Counted from the stretch's first letter, positions 28,986 to 42,987 are shown. The stretch is DNA of 64,000 bases from Verrucomicrobiota bacterium (GCA_012517065.1 JAAYVR010000015.1:11978-75977); one strand, 5' to 3'. Program-made: numbers and translations. The notes: generated by a model from the sequence alone, not told the origin.

Positions 28986-29054
28986 CCACCTTTTCACAGC
29001 TTGGTTACCCCGGAAAATCTCCCGGGCGTGGCCGACTGCCCGAGTGAGCGCAAG

Positions 29055-29473
29055 GATATGGGGACAGACACATTGTTTTCGGCGTCATGCCGATCTGGTT
29101 CCAGGCACGATGTTTGCGCATAAACACAAAGCGGCAGCAAGCTGCCGCATTCCAAGCGCTCCGCGCCCACCAAAGCACGCTGCATCCTCGGCAGCGCCTG
29201 AAAAACCATCAGGATCAGCGGCGAGATCGAATGACCAGATATGGGGACAGACACGTAGTTGGGTCGGAGTGCCGCGGGTCGCCCCTTGGCGCAGGCGTAA
29301 AGCGATGCCGTACCACAATCTGGACCAGAAAGCTTTCAGTTTTCCGCGTGAACGCGGGACTCTAACGGCGATGGGTTGTTGCGCGCTTTGGGCGATGTCA
29401 CGGCCGGGGCTGTCGGAGTCCTGCCTTTAGGCGGCTTTGGTTCCGGCTATGCCGGGCTGCAAAATATACGGGC
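29055..29473 (-). mobile_element. Modular repeat copy R3
   Basis: Reverse complement of R2b core; ends TTGGTTCCGGCTATGCCGGGCTG...ATATACGGGC. Confidence 0.8.
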
Positions 29474-29506
29474 CAAGAATTCGATGCAGGTCCACCCTCA
29501 GCAAGC

Positions 29507-29935
29507 TCAAGCAGAGGTCGAGCTTTTCTTTTCTGTTTCGGTCCCTTGCCGGTTCTTTGGAAGGAAAGGCTTTCGGAAAGCCTCGTAAAAATCATAGCCG
29601 TCCTGGAAATCGGCACGGCTGTCCGTCTCGGTTTTTTTAAGTAAACCGTGATCGACAAGGTTGAAAACTATTTCGCCGAAATCTTCGCAACGTTTCACGC
29701 CCCACTCATCAAAAAGCGTGATCGCCATGGGCCCGTATCGATCCAACGCGTAGGTCTTGATCCCTGCGAGCAATTCCTGCCCCGAAATATGCCTGATTCG
29801 GCCCTTGTTGGCTTTGCTGATCGCCTTTTGCGTGAATTCAACAGCCTGCGTAACGAAAACGTAGGCATCACGGTGAAACCGTTTGTCTTTCTCCACAATC
29901 TGATCCAAAACCTCGTCAAAATCGTCTTTCCCCAT
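29507..29935 (-). CDS. Minf_1886 family protein (PVC-type conserved hypothetical)
   Basis: DKRFHRDAYVFV...RHISGQELL...YGPMA...WGV...EDFGEIVFNLV...DSRADF...YDF.EAF. Confidence 0.85.
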   Translation of the reverse strand: MGKDDFDEVLDQIVEKDKRFHRDAYVFVTQAVEFTQKAISKANKGRIRHISGQELLAGIKTYALDRYGPMAITLFDEWGVKRCEDFGEIVFNLVDHGLLKKTETDSRADFQDGYDFYEAFRKPFLPKNRQGTETEKKSSTSA

Positions 29936-30102
29936 ACGCATAGAATCACTCTTTAACCTGGACTGGGAATTCTCCGGGCAATTCATGCGCTGTGCGCCAG
30001 GCTTTCACGGCCCAACCCACAAGCAAAAGCCCAATCACCAAACAAATCACTCTTTGTTCGCGTTGCGTCAGTCGAAACATCGCTAGAAGTATCGCCCAAG
30101 TG

Positions 30103-33165
<3,063 letters not shown>

Positions 33166-33299
33166 GCGCGGATTATGCTCAAGCGGCGCTCACATTCGCA
33201 ATCACCGAGTTGTCTGTCGCGGCAGGGCCGCGCTCTTGTCGTGAGCGTGGCCACGCCCCCAGCGTTCACAAAGCATGTGGCCCTTTATTCCCTACCCTT

Positions 33300-33334
33300 G
33301 AAAGTCGTGAGTTGTATGTTGCATGTTGAACGTG
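33300..33334 (+). repeat. 5-unit heptamer tandem array
   Basis: GAAAGTC GTGAGTT GTATGTT GCATGTT GAACGTG in the divergent leuS/macrodomain intergenic region. Confidence 0.6.
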
Positions 33335-33368
33335 CCCAACCAGTATGCCAATCAGCGAGCCCTGTTGA

Positions 33369-33414
33369 TAGCCCGCTACGCCCAAAGCTTCATTCCGATG
33401 AGATTTCCGGGTTA
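33369..33414. repeat. Miniature (46 bp) member of the repeat family
   Basis: TAGCCCG...CCCAAAGCTTCATTCCGATGAGATTTCC...GGGTTA; core matches 46286-46312; TA-flanked inverted ends. Confidence 0.6.
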
Positions 33415-33470
33415 GACTTGCGCCACCCAGCCCACTAGTAGCAGTCTTTCAACCGGACAATCACGACGCA

Positions 33471-34013
33471 ATGAAAGAAACAAATCGTCACTTGGAACGA
33501 TTGCGGGTCATTGAAGGCGATATCACCCGTCAAAATGTCGATGCGATTGTTAACGCGGCAAACACCACGCTCCTCGGCGGCGGTGGAGTTGACGGCGCGA
33601 TTCACCGCGCCGCCGGCCCTGAGTTGCTCGCCGAATGCCGAACGATCGGCGGCTGCCCGACCGGCGAGGCCAAAATAACCCGCGGATATCGGCTGCCGGC
33701 AAAATGGGTTATCCACACTGTCGGCCCCGTGTGGCACGGGGGTGACCGTGGCGAGGACGAATTGCTCGCAAGTTGTTATCGAAACAGCCTCGAACTTGCC
33801 ATTCAACATGGTGTTAAAACCATCGCTTTCCCCGCCATCAGCACCGGCGCATACGGTTTCCCGCTCGAGCGCGCAGCGCGGATTGCCGTGCGCGAATGCC
33901 TCAGTTTCTTGCGCAACCACCTCGAGTTTGGTGAAATTCGCCTTGTGTGTTTCGGAACGAAGGCTCTGGACGCTTACAAGGCAGCGCTCGCCGAATCGGC
34001 GCGGGAAAAGTGA
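33471..34013 (+). CDS. ymdB: Macrodomain O-acetyl-ADP-ribose deacetylase (YmdB family)
   Basis: GDIT...[24 protein letters not shown]...VIHTVGP...[11 protein letters not shown]. Confidence 0.93.
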   Translation: MKETNRHLERLRVIEGDITRQNVDAIVNAANTTLLGGGGVDGAIHRAAGPELLAECRTIGGCPTGEAKITRGYRLPAKWVIHTVGPVWHGGDRGEDELLASCYRNSLELAIQHGVKTIAFPAISTGAYGFPLERAARIAVRECLSFLRNHLEFGEIRLVCFGTKALDAYKAALAESAREK

Positions 34014-34218
34014 CGCTGATCTGCCGCGATTCAATCCGCGTGTTATGGCACCGCATGTCCGGTCGGTCTGAAGCGGAGCTTCGCCAGTCCATAAACCACA
34101 GCGCTGAAAGCAGGGATGTATCTGTGGGTCTGTCCGGAAAATTTCCGGGCCAAGAAATTGTTCGCTCAGTTTAATTGAGCTCTGATGATGCTTGTGCACG
34201 CCGACGTCTAACTCATCA

Positions 34219-36750
34219 ATGCCGGAAAACGAATCGCTTGAAAAACATGTAAGAGTAGATGGCCGGTTCTTTCGCGCAGGCCGGGACAAGTTTCATTTGC
34301 GTGGGGTGGCTTACGGGCCGTTCGCCCCAAACAGCAAAGGCGAGCCTGTTGGCGAGAAGGACGAAGTATTGCGCGACTTTTCCCTGATACGCGAGTTGGG
34401 CGCAAATCTTCTTCGCGTTTATTTCGTGCCACCGAAATGGTTCATGGACCTTGCGGCCGAACATCGACTGCGGCTGCTCATCGACGTGCCATGGAACCAA
34501 ACGGTGTGCTTTTTGGATCGGCCGGAACTCACGCGGCAATCGATCGAAGCCGTCCGCAAGGCAGCAATTGAATGCGGACATCATCCGGCGGTGTTTGCGC
34601 TGTCCGTCGCGAACGAGTTTCCGCCAGATATCGTCCGATGGTCCGGGGCGGCGGCTATAGCAGACCATGTTGATCGACTTGTCAGGGCGGTCAAAGAAGT
34701 TGCGCCACAGTGCCTTTGCACATTCGGCAATTTCCCGACAACGGAGTTCCTGGCCCCGACCGAGGTTGATTTCGTGTGTTTCAATGTTTATCTCCATGAT
34801 GGCGCGGCCTTTGACAACTATCTTGCGCGGCTGCATATGCTGGCCGACGTCAAACCTCTGGTGATTGGCGAGGTGGGAGTTGACTCATTTCGCGAGGGAC
34901 AACAACGGCAGGCGGACATTTTGAAGAACCTGACGCAGATCGCTTTTGCCGGAGCCACCGCAGGTGTCGTGGTGTTCAGGTTCACAGACTCATGGTACAA
35001 AGACGGGCAATCGGTCGAAGACTGGGAGTTTGGTCTCACAACCAGAGACCGGCGGCCAAAACCCGCGTTTTTCGCTGTGCAACAAGTCTTCAGGGCAGCC
35101 CCTTATTTCATCCATCACCGACAACCAAAGGTGTCCGTGATCGTTGCGGCTTATAACGCAGCAAAAACATTGCCCGCATGCCTCGAGTCACTCGCAAACC
35201 TGAACTACCCGGATTACGAGGTCATACTGGTGGACGACGGTTCCACAGACGCCACAGCCAATATCGCAGCCCAGCACCCGAACGTGCGCTATATACGACA
35301 CCCAACAAACCAAGGACTCTCAGTCGCTCGCAACACCGGCATCGCGGCTGCCACCGGAGAAATCGTAGCGTTCACCGATGCCGATTGCCGCGTGGACGAG
35401 GATTGGCTTCATTATCTGGTGGGCACGCTTGTTGAGAACAGATATGCAGGCGTGGGCGGACACAATCTTCTGCCGCCCGACGACTCCGCAGTGGCAGCGG
35501 TCGTCCAAGCTTCCCCGGGCGTCCCAACGCACGTCATGCTCACCGACAGAATCGCCGAGCACATCCCGGGGTGCAATATGGCGTTTTGGAAGTCGGCACT
35601 CGTAGAAGTCGGGTGTTTCGACCCGATATTCCAAAGGGCGGGCGACGATGTGGACATCTGCTGGCGATTACAGCAACAAGGATTCCAGCTCGGGTTTAGC
35701 CCTGGCGCGTTCGTCTGGCATTACCGCCGATCGACCGTCTCGGATTACCTCAAACAGCAACGCGGGTACGGCGAAGCAGAAGCGCTCCTTGACCACAAGC
35801 ACCCGGAAAAATTTGGCCCGTTCGGTCATAGCATCTGGCGCGGCCAAATCTATGGCACCGGCAATGTCGGAATCACAACAAGGCATCCCGTCATCTACCG
35901 CGGAAGATATGGAGCGGCCCTGTTCCAACGCCTCTATCCGGCGCCTAATTCGCTGGCAGTGATGTTGCTGACCAGCATCGAGTACCACGCATTCGTCACG
36001 GTGCCCTTGTTGCTTTTGTCGCTGGTATTCAGTTGGGTGGTCCCGCTTGCTCTTGCCAGTGTTGCCTTGTCAACAGGAGTTTGCATTGCGGCCGCCGCTC
36101 AAGCTCCAATCCCGCGGCAAAAGAAACGGTTATGGTCAAGGCCCCTTGTGGCTCTGCTGTTTGCTTTGCACCCAATTGTGCGGGGTTGGGCGCGGTACAG
36201 AGGCCGGCTGTTGCTCCGGCGAACGAAGCTCGGCGAACTTGAAACCCTCGAGTCAATCAGCAGAAAGCAACAACACCGGATTCCCAGAGAACTTGCCTAC
36301 ACCGCCCCGCCCGGGTTCTTGCGCCAGGAATTCCTCGACGCGGTCCTGTATCGCCTGAGCCGTGAAGGTTTCGCCGCAAGAACCGACACTGGTTGGAGCG
36401 ATTTCGACATCGAGGTCTATGGCGGGCCATGGTCAAGACTTCATCTGGTCACAGCCAGCGAATACTGGCCGGGCGGCGGCCAGTCAATTCGCTGTCGGCT
36501 GCGTCCCAGAACGACGCTGGCGGCCAACGTCGCTGGCTTCTGCATATGCGCTTTGACGGTCGTTCTTGTCGCTCTGGCCACCAAAGGACATCACTGGCTG
36601 TGGACGTCACTGGTGTTGATGCCGGCTTTCGTCCTTTGGGTTTGGAGGGAACAGCGAGATTTGCAGAGGCTGACCGGCGTGCTGCTTGATGATGTTGCGA
36701 AGCGATTGGGGCTGCAGCCCGATCCCGGCACCGCGCCCGCAAAAACGTGA
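34219..36750 (+). CDS. Fusion of clan GH-A-like TIM barrel and GT2 glycosyltransferase with TM helices
   Basis: LRGVAYGP, LGANLLRVY, ANEF, IGEVG then VSVIVAAYN, LVDDGSTD, ARNTG, FTDADC, GCNMAF, GDDVD.CWR, QQRGY. Confidence 0.88.
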   Translation: MPENESLEKHVRVDGRFFRAGRDKFHLRGVAYGPFAPNSKGEPVGEKDEVLRDFSLIRELGANLLRVYFVPPKWFMDLAAEHRLRLLIDVPWNQTVCFLDRPELTRQSIEAVRKAAIECGHHPAVFALSVANEFPPDIVRWSGAAAIADHVDRLVRAVKEVAPQCLCTFGNFPTTEFLAPTEVDFVCFNVYLHDGAAFDNYLARLHMLADVKPLVIGEVGVDSFREGQQRQADILKNLTQIAFAGATAGVVVFRFTDSWYKDGQSVEDWEFGLTTRDRRPKPAFFAVQQVFRAAPYFIHHRQPKVSVIVAAYNAAKTLPACLESLANLNYPDYEVILVDDGSTDATANIAAQHPNVRYIRHPTNQGLSVARNTGIAAATGEIVAFTDADCRVDEDWLHYLVGTLVENRYAGVGGHNLLPPDDSAVAAVVQASPGVPTHVMLTDRIAEHIPGCNMAFWKSALVEVGCFDPIFQRAGDDVDICWRLQQQGFQLGFSPGAFVWHYRRSTVSDYLKQQRGYGEAEALLDHKHPEKFGPFGHSIWRGQIYGTGNVGITTRHPVIYRGRYGAALFQRLYPAPNSLAVMLLTSIEYHAFVTVPLLLLSLVFSWVVPLALASVALSTGVCIAAAAQAPIPRQKKRLWSRPLVALLFALHPIVRGWARYRGRLLLRRTKLGELETLESISRKQQHRIPRELAYTAPPGFLRQEFLDAVLYRLSREGFAARTDTGWSDFDIEVYGGPWSRLHLVTASEYWPGGGQSIRCRLRPRTTLAANVAGFCICALTVVLVALATKGHHWLWTSLVLMPAFVLWVWREQRDLQRLTGVLLDDVAKRLGLQPDPGTAPAKT

Positions 36751-36770
36751 CCTCCGCCGCATCAAACAGG

Positions 36771-37454
36771 TCAGCTCTTCACTGAAAAAACACTGGAAAG
36801 AATCAGTTCTTTGATCCTCCAGATGAGCGTCATTGTCAACGCCAACGGCAGAAGCAGCAGCAACAGCAACAGAAAAATCCCCGCCCGCGAAAGAGTCGCA
36901 AGAAGCTGGGCCGGCAGGTAAAACCCGCGATATGTGTAGGCAAGCATTATCCAACCTGCGCTGAAAAGAGCCAACGCTGCCAGCAGCCAGATGTTGAGCG
37001 TCGTGAACAGTTTGGCCTCAATCCGCAGCGTTTCGTCGGGCAACATCGCAACCAAACGCTGAAGAGCATGATTGAGCAACAGTAGAAAAGCGAAACCCGA
37101 CAGCGCCATCAAAAATGTTGCGATCCTGTAATGGGGAACCTCTGGCATCACTTTCCACCAATAGAGAAAAGGTGAGAGCCCAAGGCTGATCAAAGCCGCA
37201 GTTTTCGTCCGCTCGAGGGCAGCACGCCATACACGTTCGTTTTGGCGAAAATACCCGAGCTGAGCAACAGCGTAATACAGCACGCCAGTGACCATCATCG
37301 GCGGCAGTATTCCGAAAGGCTCAAAGAATCCTGTCCTGGCCGTCTGGACACAGACAACCAGCGCAACGGGCATTCCCCAGAACAGTGCCGACAGGCCCCT
37401 GACAAGCCTGCCCAGTGAAAACATCAATTGTGCCGGTGGCGCCTGGTCGCTCAT
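36771..37454 (-). CDS. Integral membrane hypothetical protein (~6 TM)
   Basis: 227-aa ORF with multiple hydrophobic helices filling the gap between flanking genes. Confidence 0.75.
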   Translation of the reverse strand: MSDQAPPAQLMFSLGRLVRGLSALFWGMPVALVVCVQTARTGFFEPFGILPPMMVTGVLYYAVAQLGYFRQNERVWRAALERTKTAALISLGLSPFLYWWKVMPEVPHYRIATFLMALSGFAFLLLLNHALQRLVAMLPDETLRIEAKLFTTLNIWLLAALALFSAGWIMLAYTYRGFYLPAQLLATLSRAGIFLLLLLLLLPLALTMTLIWRIKELILSSVFSVKS

Positions 37455-37653
37455 TGACCTTGGGACCTTGTGCTGTTCACTCCCGTGGGTCTGTGGGGCT
37501 TTGCCGGCAAACTGCTTTGGCGGAATTTGCTGACGCGGTTTGCTGCGGCATGATCAGACGAGAGCATCGTGGCGCATGATTGGCTGTGGTGTTCCGGGCT
37601 GGTAGCAAGGCCTTGTTGCATAGATCATTTGGTTGTGGCTCTCGATCCCTGAC

Positions 37654-39597
37654 CTACTGAATGCCGAGGTACGTGTAATCGGTCAGTCCCCGCTCGTATT
37701 CGTCCAACAACCGCATCGCTTCAGAGGGCTTCAGTCTGTCAGTCTTAATTGCCTCGTCAACCTGCGCTTTCATCAGGCGCTTGAGCTCATTGTCGTCATA
37801 TTGAACAGCAGCCAGCGATTGAACGATTGTGGTGCCTTCGATGATTTCTTCCACATAGTAGCCGCAGGGCTCGTCGGGGTCGAGGAACACGTGCACTTCG
37901 TTCACGCGGCCAAAAAGGTTGTGCAGGTCGCCCATGATATCCTGATATGCGCCCATGAGGAAGAACCCGAGATAATACGGTTCGATTGCGCCGTTGCCGT
38001 TCCGATTCAAAGCGTGCAGGGGTATGGTGTCGCGCGGATCGCACAGGTCGATGAATTTGCTGATTTGGCCATCGGAATCGCAGGTGATATCGACCAATGT
38101 TGCTTCGCGAGTCGGGCGTTCGTTGAGGCGGCTGACTGGCATGATCGGAAACAACTGACCCAATGCCCAGTGATCCAGCAGCGATTGAAAGACCGAGAAA
38201 TTGCAAATGTATTGGTCACCCAGGCTGTCTTCGAGCCGCCGAATCTCCTCCGGCACATAACTCTGTTCTTTGAAGCTGCGAACAACTTCTTCGCTGATCT
38301 CCCAGTACAGGTTTTCGATCTTTGCCTTTGAAACCAAATCGAGCAAACCGAGAGTGAACATGTTGTACGCGTCTTCCTTGCGTTCGAGAGCGTCGTGGTA
38401 GGCTTCGAGTTTGTTGAGCCGGGGCAGATTCCGCTTTATGTCGAGCAACTCGCGGACAAGCGGGTGCTCATCGTTCCCGTAACTGAGGTGCTCCCACTTG
38501 CGTTGTTTGGCGATCGCACCGAAAGCCTCAACAATCAACACGCTGTGATGCGCAACAATGGCCCGGCCGCTCTCACTGATGATGTCCGGGTGCGGCACTT
38601 TCTCTGCGTTGCACACATCGGCGATGTAATAGACGATGTCGTTGGTGTATTCCTGAAGGGTGTAATTGGTGGAACTGTCAAACGCTGATCTGCTGCCGTC
38701 GTAGTCAACCCCAAGGCCGCCCCCAACATCAAGGTACTGAATCGGAAACCCCATCGTCACAAGCTTGGCATAAAAGCGGCTCGCCTCCTGGACGGCCTTC
38801 TTGATCGCGAGGATGTCAGGAACCTGCGAGCCGATGTGAAAATGCAGGAGTTTGAGGCAATGGGAAAGGTTCTCGGACCGCAACATCTCGGCCGCCGCCA
38901 GTATCTCGGAGGTTGTGAGGCCGAACTTGGCGTGTTCACCCCCGCTTTCAACCCATTTGCCGCCGCCTCTGCACATCAGCCTAACCCGAATCCCAATCAA
39001 CGGCTCCACCCCTATTTGCTTCGAAATGCCGAGAATCTGGCGGAGTTCCTCAAGTTTTTCGACCACAAGAATCACCTTCTTGCCAAGCTTGATCCCCATC
39101 AGCGCCATGCGAATAAACGCGCCGTCTTTGTACCCATTGCAAATAATCAGGCTCCCCACCTGGCTCTGAAGAGCAAGGCCGGCAAACAACTCCGGTTTGC
39201 TTCCCACTTCGAGGCCGAACTGGTATGGTCGGCCCGCATCGAGAATCTCCTCCACCACCTCGCGCAATTGATTGACCTTTATGGGAAACACACCACGGTA
39301 CGAACCTTGGTAGTTGAACTCGGCGATCGAGTTGCGAAATGCAAGATTGATGGCTTCCACCCTGTGCCGGAGTATGTCTTGAAACCTGATCAACAGCGGA
39401 AACTTGAGCCCGCGCCCGCGCGCTTCTTCAATCACGTCTGTAAGGTCCACTACCGCGCCGTTCTCCTGCAGCGGCCTTGCTACAACGTGGCCTTCGTCGC
39501 TGATGTCGAAGTATCCCGCGCCCCAGCGATCGATGTGATAAAGAGCACGGGCATCCTGGATACTCCAGGGACTGCTATCTTCTGAAGCTTTGCTCAT
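37654..39597 (-). CDS. speA: Biosynthetic arginine decarboxylase
   Basis: WGAGYF, VFPIKVNQ (PLP Lys), GLEVGSKPEL, HFHIGSQ, DVGGGLGVDYDGS, DITCDSDG, GAYQDIMGDLHNLFG; ATG 39597. Confidence 0.96.
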   Translation of the reverse strand: MSKASEDSSPWSIQDARALYHIDRWGAGYFDISDEGHVVARPLQENGAVVDLTDVIEEARGRGLKFPLLIRFQDILRHRVEAINLAFRNSIAEFNYQGSYRGVFPIKVNQLREVVEEILDAGRPYQFGLEVGSKPELFAGLALQSQVGSLIICNGYKDGAFIRMALMGIKLGKKVILVVEKLEELRQILGISKQIGVEPLIGIRVRLMCRGGGKWVESGGEHAKFGLTTSEILAAAEMLRSENLSHCLKLLHFHIGSQVPDILAIKKAVQEASRFYAKLVTMGFPIQYLDVGGGLGVDYDGSRSAFDSSTNYTLQEYTNDIVYYIADVCNAEKVPHPDIISESGRAIVAHHSVLIVEAFGAIAKQRKWEHLSYGNDEHPLVRELLDIKRNLPRLNKLEAYHDALERKEDAYNMFTLGLLDLVSKAKIENLYWEISEEVVRSFKEQSYVPEEIRRLEDSLGDQYICNFSVFQSLLDHWALGQLFPIMPVSRLNERPTREATLVDITCDSDGQISKFIDLCDPRDTIPLHALNRNGNGAIEPYYLGFFLMGAYQDIMGDLHNLFGRVNEVHVFLDPDEPCGYYVEEIIEGTTIVQSLAAVQYDDNELKRLMKAQVDEAIKTDRLKPSEAMRLLDEYERGLTDYTYLGIQ

Positions 39598-39616
39598 CTC
39601 AGAGTTGTTCGACAGC

Positions 39617-39644
39617 ACTATAAGAATGTCAGTGCAGTTTTCAA
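39617..39644 (-). promoter_or_regulatory. Putative sigma70 promoter of speA
   Basis: TTGAAA-N16-TATAGT ending about 20 nt upstream of ATG 39597. Confidence 0.45.
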
Positions 39645-39847
39645 TATGCAGCGTGAAAACCCATGTGAATTGCAAGAAAGAAAAATCTCGATTCACTCTT
39701 CGTTCCTCTTTGACGAGGCAAGCAAGGTGACAAGGCCGACGGCAGCCCCCGAGCGTCGTCGCGCCGCCCGCATAGCTGGTCTGAGGCTGGGCTGCGCTAA
39801 AGCAAAATGCCTTTGCATGTTCACACGCCGCCTGATTCACTGAATCC

Positions 39848-40609
39848 ATGCCGTTTGTCACCTTGTCCGCGATCGTTAAGGAGTGCAATCGCCTGTTGAA
39901 ACCGGAGCGTTTCAATGATTGGGATGGCGCAGTAAACGGTCTGCAGGTCGAAAACCGTGGCAAGGTCCATCGCATCGCAGCCGCCGTGGACGCCACTCTC
40001 AGCACGGTCCAGTCCGCAGTTCAAGTACACGCAAACCTCCTCCTCGTCCACCACGGCTTGTTCTGGTCGCCGAGTTATCCATGGACCGGTTCGCGCTACA
40101 GGCTTTTGAGGCTGCTGTTGGACAACGATCTCGCCGTTTACAGCGCGCATCTCCCGCTCGATGCCCACCCGCGACTGGGAAACAGCGCCGGCCTCTGCGC
40201 TGCGCTCGGCCTCGGCCGAGTCCAGCCTTTTTTTGAATGCCGGGGCCACCTCTTGGGGTTTAAGGCTGCCACGCGATTGTCCCGCGACGTTTTGGCGGAA
40301 CGATTGGAGAAAGCCACGGGCGCAAGAGTCACACTGCTCCCCGGCGGGCCGTCCATATGTCGGCGAATAGGCGTTGTCACAGGCTCGGCAGGAGCTGAGC
40401 TCGCACAAGCCGCGCTCGAAGGCGTGGATACGTTCATTACTGGGGAAGGACCGCACTGGACATTCGGCGCTGCCGAGTTCGCCGGAATCAACGTGATGTA
40501 CGCCGGCCATTATGCGACCGAGACATTCGGTGTGAAAGCCCTCGCAAGGCATCTCTCCCAGAAGTTTCGGGTGCCATGGGTTTTCATAGACAATCCGTCC
40601 GGATTGTAA
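39848..40609 (+). CDS. NIF3/YbgI-family dinuclear metal-centre protein
   Basis: NGLQVEN, LVHHGLFW, YSAHLPLDAHP..GN, FITGE, AGHYATETFG. Confidence 0.93.
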   Translation: MPFVTLSAIVKECNRLLKPERFNDWDGAVNGLQVENRGKVHRIAAAVDATLSTVQSAVQVHANLLLVHHGLFWSPSYPWTGSRYRLLRLLLDNDLAVYSAHLPLDAHPRLGNSAGLCAALGLGRVQPFFECRGHLLGFKAATRLSRDVLAERLEKATGARVTLLPGGPSICRRIGVVTGSAGAELAQAALEGVDTFITGEGPHWTFGAAEFAGINVMYAGHYATETFGVKALARHLSQKFRVPWVFIDNPSGL

Positions 40610-40683
40610 GGGTCGGCGCATATTCCCGGCGCTTAAAGTTCGCGCATTGGGAATGCGATGCAACGCCGACAATCGCGCAGTCT

Positions 40684-41083
40684 TAGCCCGCATAATTCCC
40701 AGTCCGGCGCAGCCCGAACCAAAGTTGCCTGACTGGCATTGACCCGGCTCCTGCGCCCCCCTGTGGCTGTCTGTCGCGCCGGTCTGCGAAGTATCCCCTG
40801 CGACTCCGTCGCAAGGAAGAGCGCGCTGATCCCACTGGTTTTTCACGCGCTGGCGCGGATGCAGTGGGCGTTGGCAGGCGCGAAGCGCTTGGAGTGCGGC
40901 TGCTTGCTGCCGCTTTGTTTCTATGCCGAAACAACGTGCCTAGAACCAGATCGGCATGAAGCCACAAACAATGTGTCTGTCCCCATATCTTCATTCCGGT
41001 GAGATTTCCGGAGCCCGCATATTCCTTGGTTGCTTGAAGACACCCGTTTCGCAGACTGCTCAGGGTATGAGATATGCGGGCTA
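40684..41083. mobile_element. Modular repeat copy R4 with perfect terminal inverted repeats
   Basis: TAGCCCGCATA (40684) ... TATGCGGGCTA (41083), 11/11 inverted match including flanking TA. Confidence 0.82.
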
Positions 41084-41222
41084 GCGCATTTCGTCAGCAC
41101 CGGATCGGAACACGGGTAGTCTGCAAGCCGCGAAGTGAAGGCGCACATAACGGAAGGGGATGGTTGCCACGAGCACTTCCGTGTTGGCGACGCGGTGACC
41201 GTCGGCTAAACTTGGCGCCGCG

Positions 41223-42053
41223 ATGCGCAGCGCGGAACGCCATTTCAGTGCTTTGCCCGGGTTTCGGTTCACGCTCGGGTACACGATGTTCTACCTTGGC
41301 GTTATCGTGGTCATTCCGATGGCCGCCCTTGCACTGAAAGCCCTCGAGTTGTCGCCGGGCGAGTTTTTTCGGCTTGTGAGCACGCCGCGCGCAATAGCGG
41401 CACTGCAGCTTACATTTGGGGCATCATTTGTTGCAGCCTTCGTCAACGCAGTGTTTGGCACATTGTTGGCGTGGGTGCTGGTGCGTTATGAGTTTCCGGG
41501 GCGCCGCTGGGTGGATGCGCTGGTTGATTTTCCGTTTGCTTTGCCAACGGCCGTGGCTGGTCTTACTCTCGCGAGTCTGTTCGCTGAGAACGGTTGGCTG
41601 GGGCGATTTCTAGTGCCTTTGGGGTTTCATGGGGCTTTCACGCGGGCCGGCGTTGTAATAGCGCTTACGTTTGTCGGTCTGCCGTTCATGGTAAGGACGC
41701 TGCAGCCCATGCTCGAGAACTTCGAGCGCGACGTTGAGGAAGCGGCTGCCATCCTGGGCGCAAGCCGGCTTCGGACGTTCCTGACGATAATTGCGCCGAC
41801 GCTGCTTCCTGGCGTGCTAACCGGTTTCACTCTCGCATTCGCGCGCGCTGTGGGCGAGTACGGCTCGATAGTCTTTATTTCCGGGAACCTTCCATTCCGG
41901 ACCGAGATAGCGCCGTTTCTGGTCGTGATTCGACTCGAGGAATACGATTACAACGGTGCCACGGCAATAGCAGTGGTGTTATTGGTGGTGTCCTTCTTGA
42001 TTCTCGCCGGGATAAACAAACTTCAGCTTTGGGCCAACAGATTCAATCGGTGA
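41223..42053 (+). CDS. cysT: Sulfate/thiosulfate ABC permease CysT (CysU)
   Basis: LPGF...AWVLVRYEFPGRR..DALVDFPFALPTAVAG...EEAA..LGA...FARAVGEYGS. Confidence 0.93.
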   Translation: MRSAERHFSALPGFRFTLGYTMFYLGVIVVIPMAALALKALELSPGEFFRLVSTPRAIAALQLTFGASFVAAFVNAVFGTLLAWVLVRYEFPGRRWVDALVDFPFALPTAVAGLTLASLFAENGWLGRFLVPLGFHGAFTRAGVVIALTFVGLPFMVRTLQPMLENFERDVEEAAAILGASRLRTFLTIIAPTLLPGVLTGFTLAFARAVGEYGSIVFISGNLPFRTEIAPFLVVIRLEEYDYNGATAIAVVLLVVSFLILAGINKLQLWANRFNR

Positions 42054-42075
42054 ACACGGACCGTACTGGCAACTC

Positions 42076-42987
42076 ATGATAACTGAACGCCAAACTGCCA
42101 GAGGATCGCCACCGCGCGTGGCAGGATCGGGTTCGGGCGCAGGACGGTTCTTGTTGGTGGTGATTGCGATGCTTTTCGCGTTGGTGTTTCTGTTTTTGCC
42201 GTTGTTGAACGTTTTTGCAAAGGCTTTTGAAAAGGGCTGGACAGTGTTTTATGGTGCGTTGGTAAATCCCGACACGGTCTCGGCCATCAAGCTTTCGCTC
42301 ACGATCACAGCAATTACTGTCCCACTGAACCTCATTTTCGGCATCGCAGCGGCATGGGCCATCGCAAAGTTCGAGTTCAGATGGAAATCCCTGTTGGTTG
42401 CGCTCATTGATCTTCCGTTCTCAGTCTCACCGGTTGTCACCGGTCTGATGTTTGTGTTGCTGTTTGGCTTGCGCGGGTATTTGGGGCCGTGGCTGGATGC
42501 GCACAACATCCAGGTTATTTATGCAGTGCCGGGCATGGTGTTGGCCACAACATTCGTGACCTTGCCGTTCGTGGCGAGGGAGTTGATCCCCGTCATGCAG
42601 TCCGCAGGCAACGAACAGGAACAGGCGGCGTTGACCCTTGGGGCAAGCGGCTGGCAGACGTTCTGGCATGTGACGCTTCCGTCGGTCAAACTGGCGCTGC
42701 TGTACGGCGTGATCCTGTGCAACGCCCGTGCGCTTGGCGAGTTCGGCGCCGTCTCAGTGGTCTCGGGGCATATTACGGGTCTGACAGATACGCTCCCGCT
42801 CCGGGTGGAGAAGTTGTACCAGGAGTACAATTCGACCGCAGCATTTGCCGTGGCGAGCATTCTGGCGCTGCTGGCTCTTGTCACACTCGCAATCAAGACG
42901 GCGTTCGAATGGCATACTCAGCGGGTTTATGCCAGAGCTGAGCGCGCCACTTCGGACGCCCGAACAACTCGCACGAAGTCAACTTGA
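42076..42987 (+). CDS. cysW: Sulfate/thiosulfate ABC permease CysW
   Basis: LIDLPFSVSPVV.GL...FVTLPFVARELIP...EQAALTLGASGWQTFW...NARALGEFGAVSVVSG. Confidence 0.94.
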   Translation: MITERQTARGSPPRVAGSGSGAGRFLLVVIAMLFALVFLFLPLLNVFAKAFEKGWTVFYGALVNPDTVSAIKLSLTITAITVPLNLIFGIAAAWAIAKFEFRWKSLLVALIDLPFSVSPVVTGLMFVLLFGLRGYLGPWLDAHNIQVIYAVPGMVLATTFVTLPFVARELIPVMQSAGNEQEQAALTLGASGWQTFWHVTLPSVKLALLYGVILCNARALGEFGAVSVVSGHITGLTDTLPLRVEKLYQEYNSTAAFAVASILALLALVTLAIKTAFEWHTQRVYARAERATSDARTTRTKST

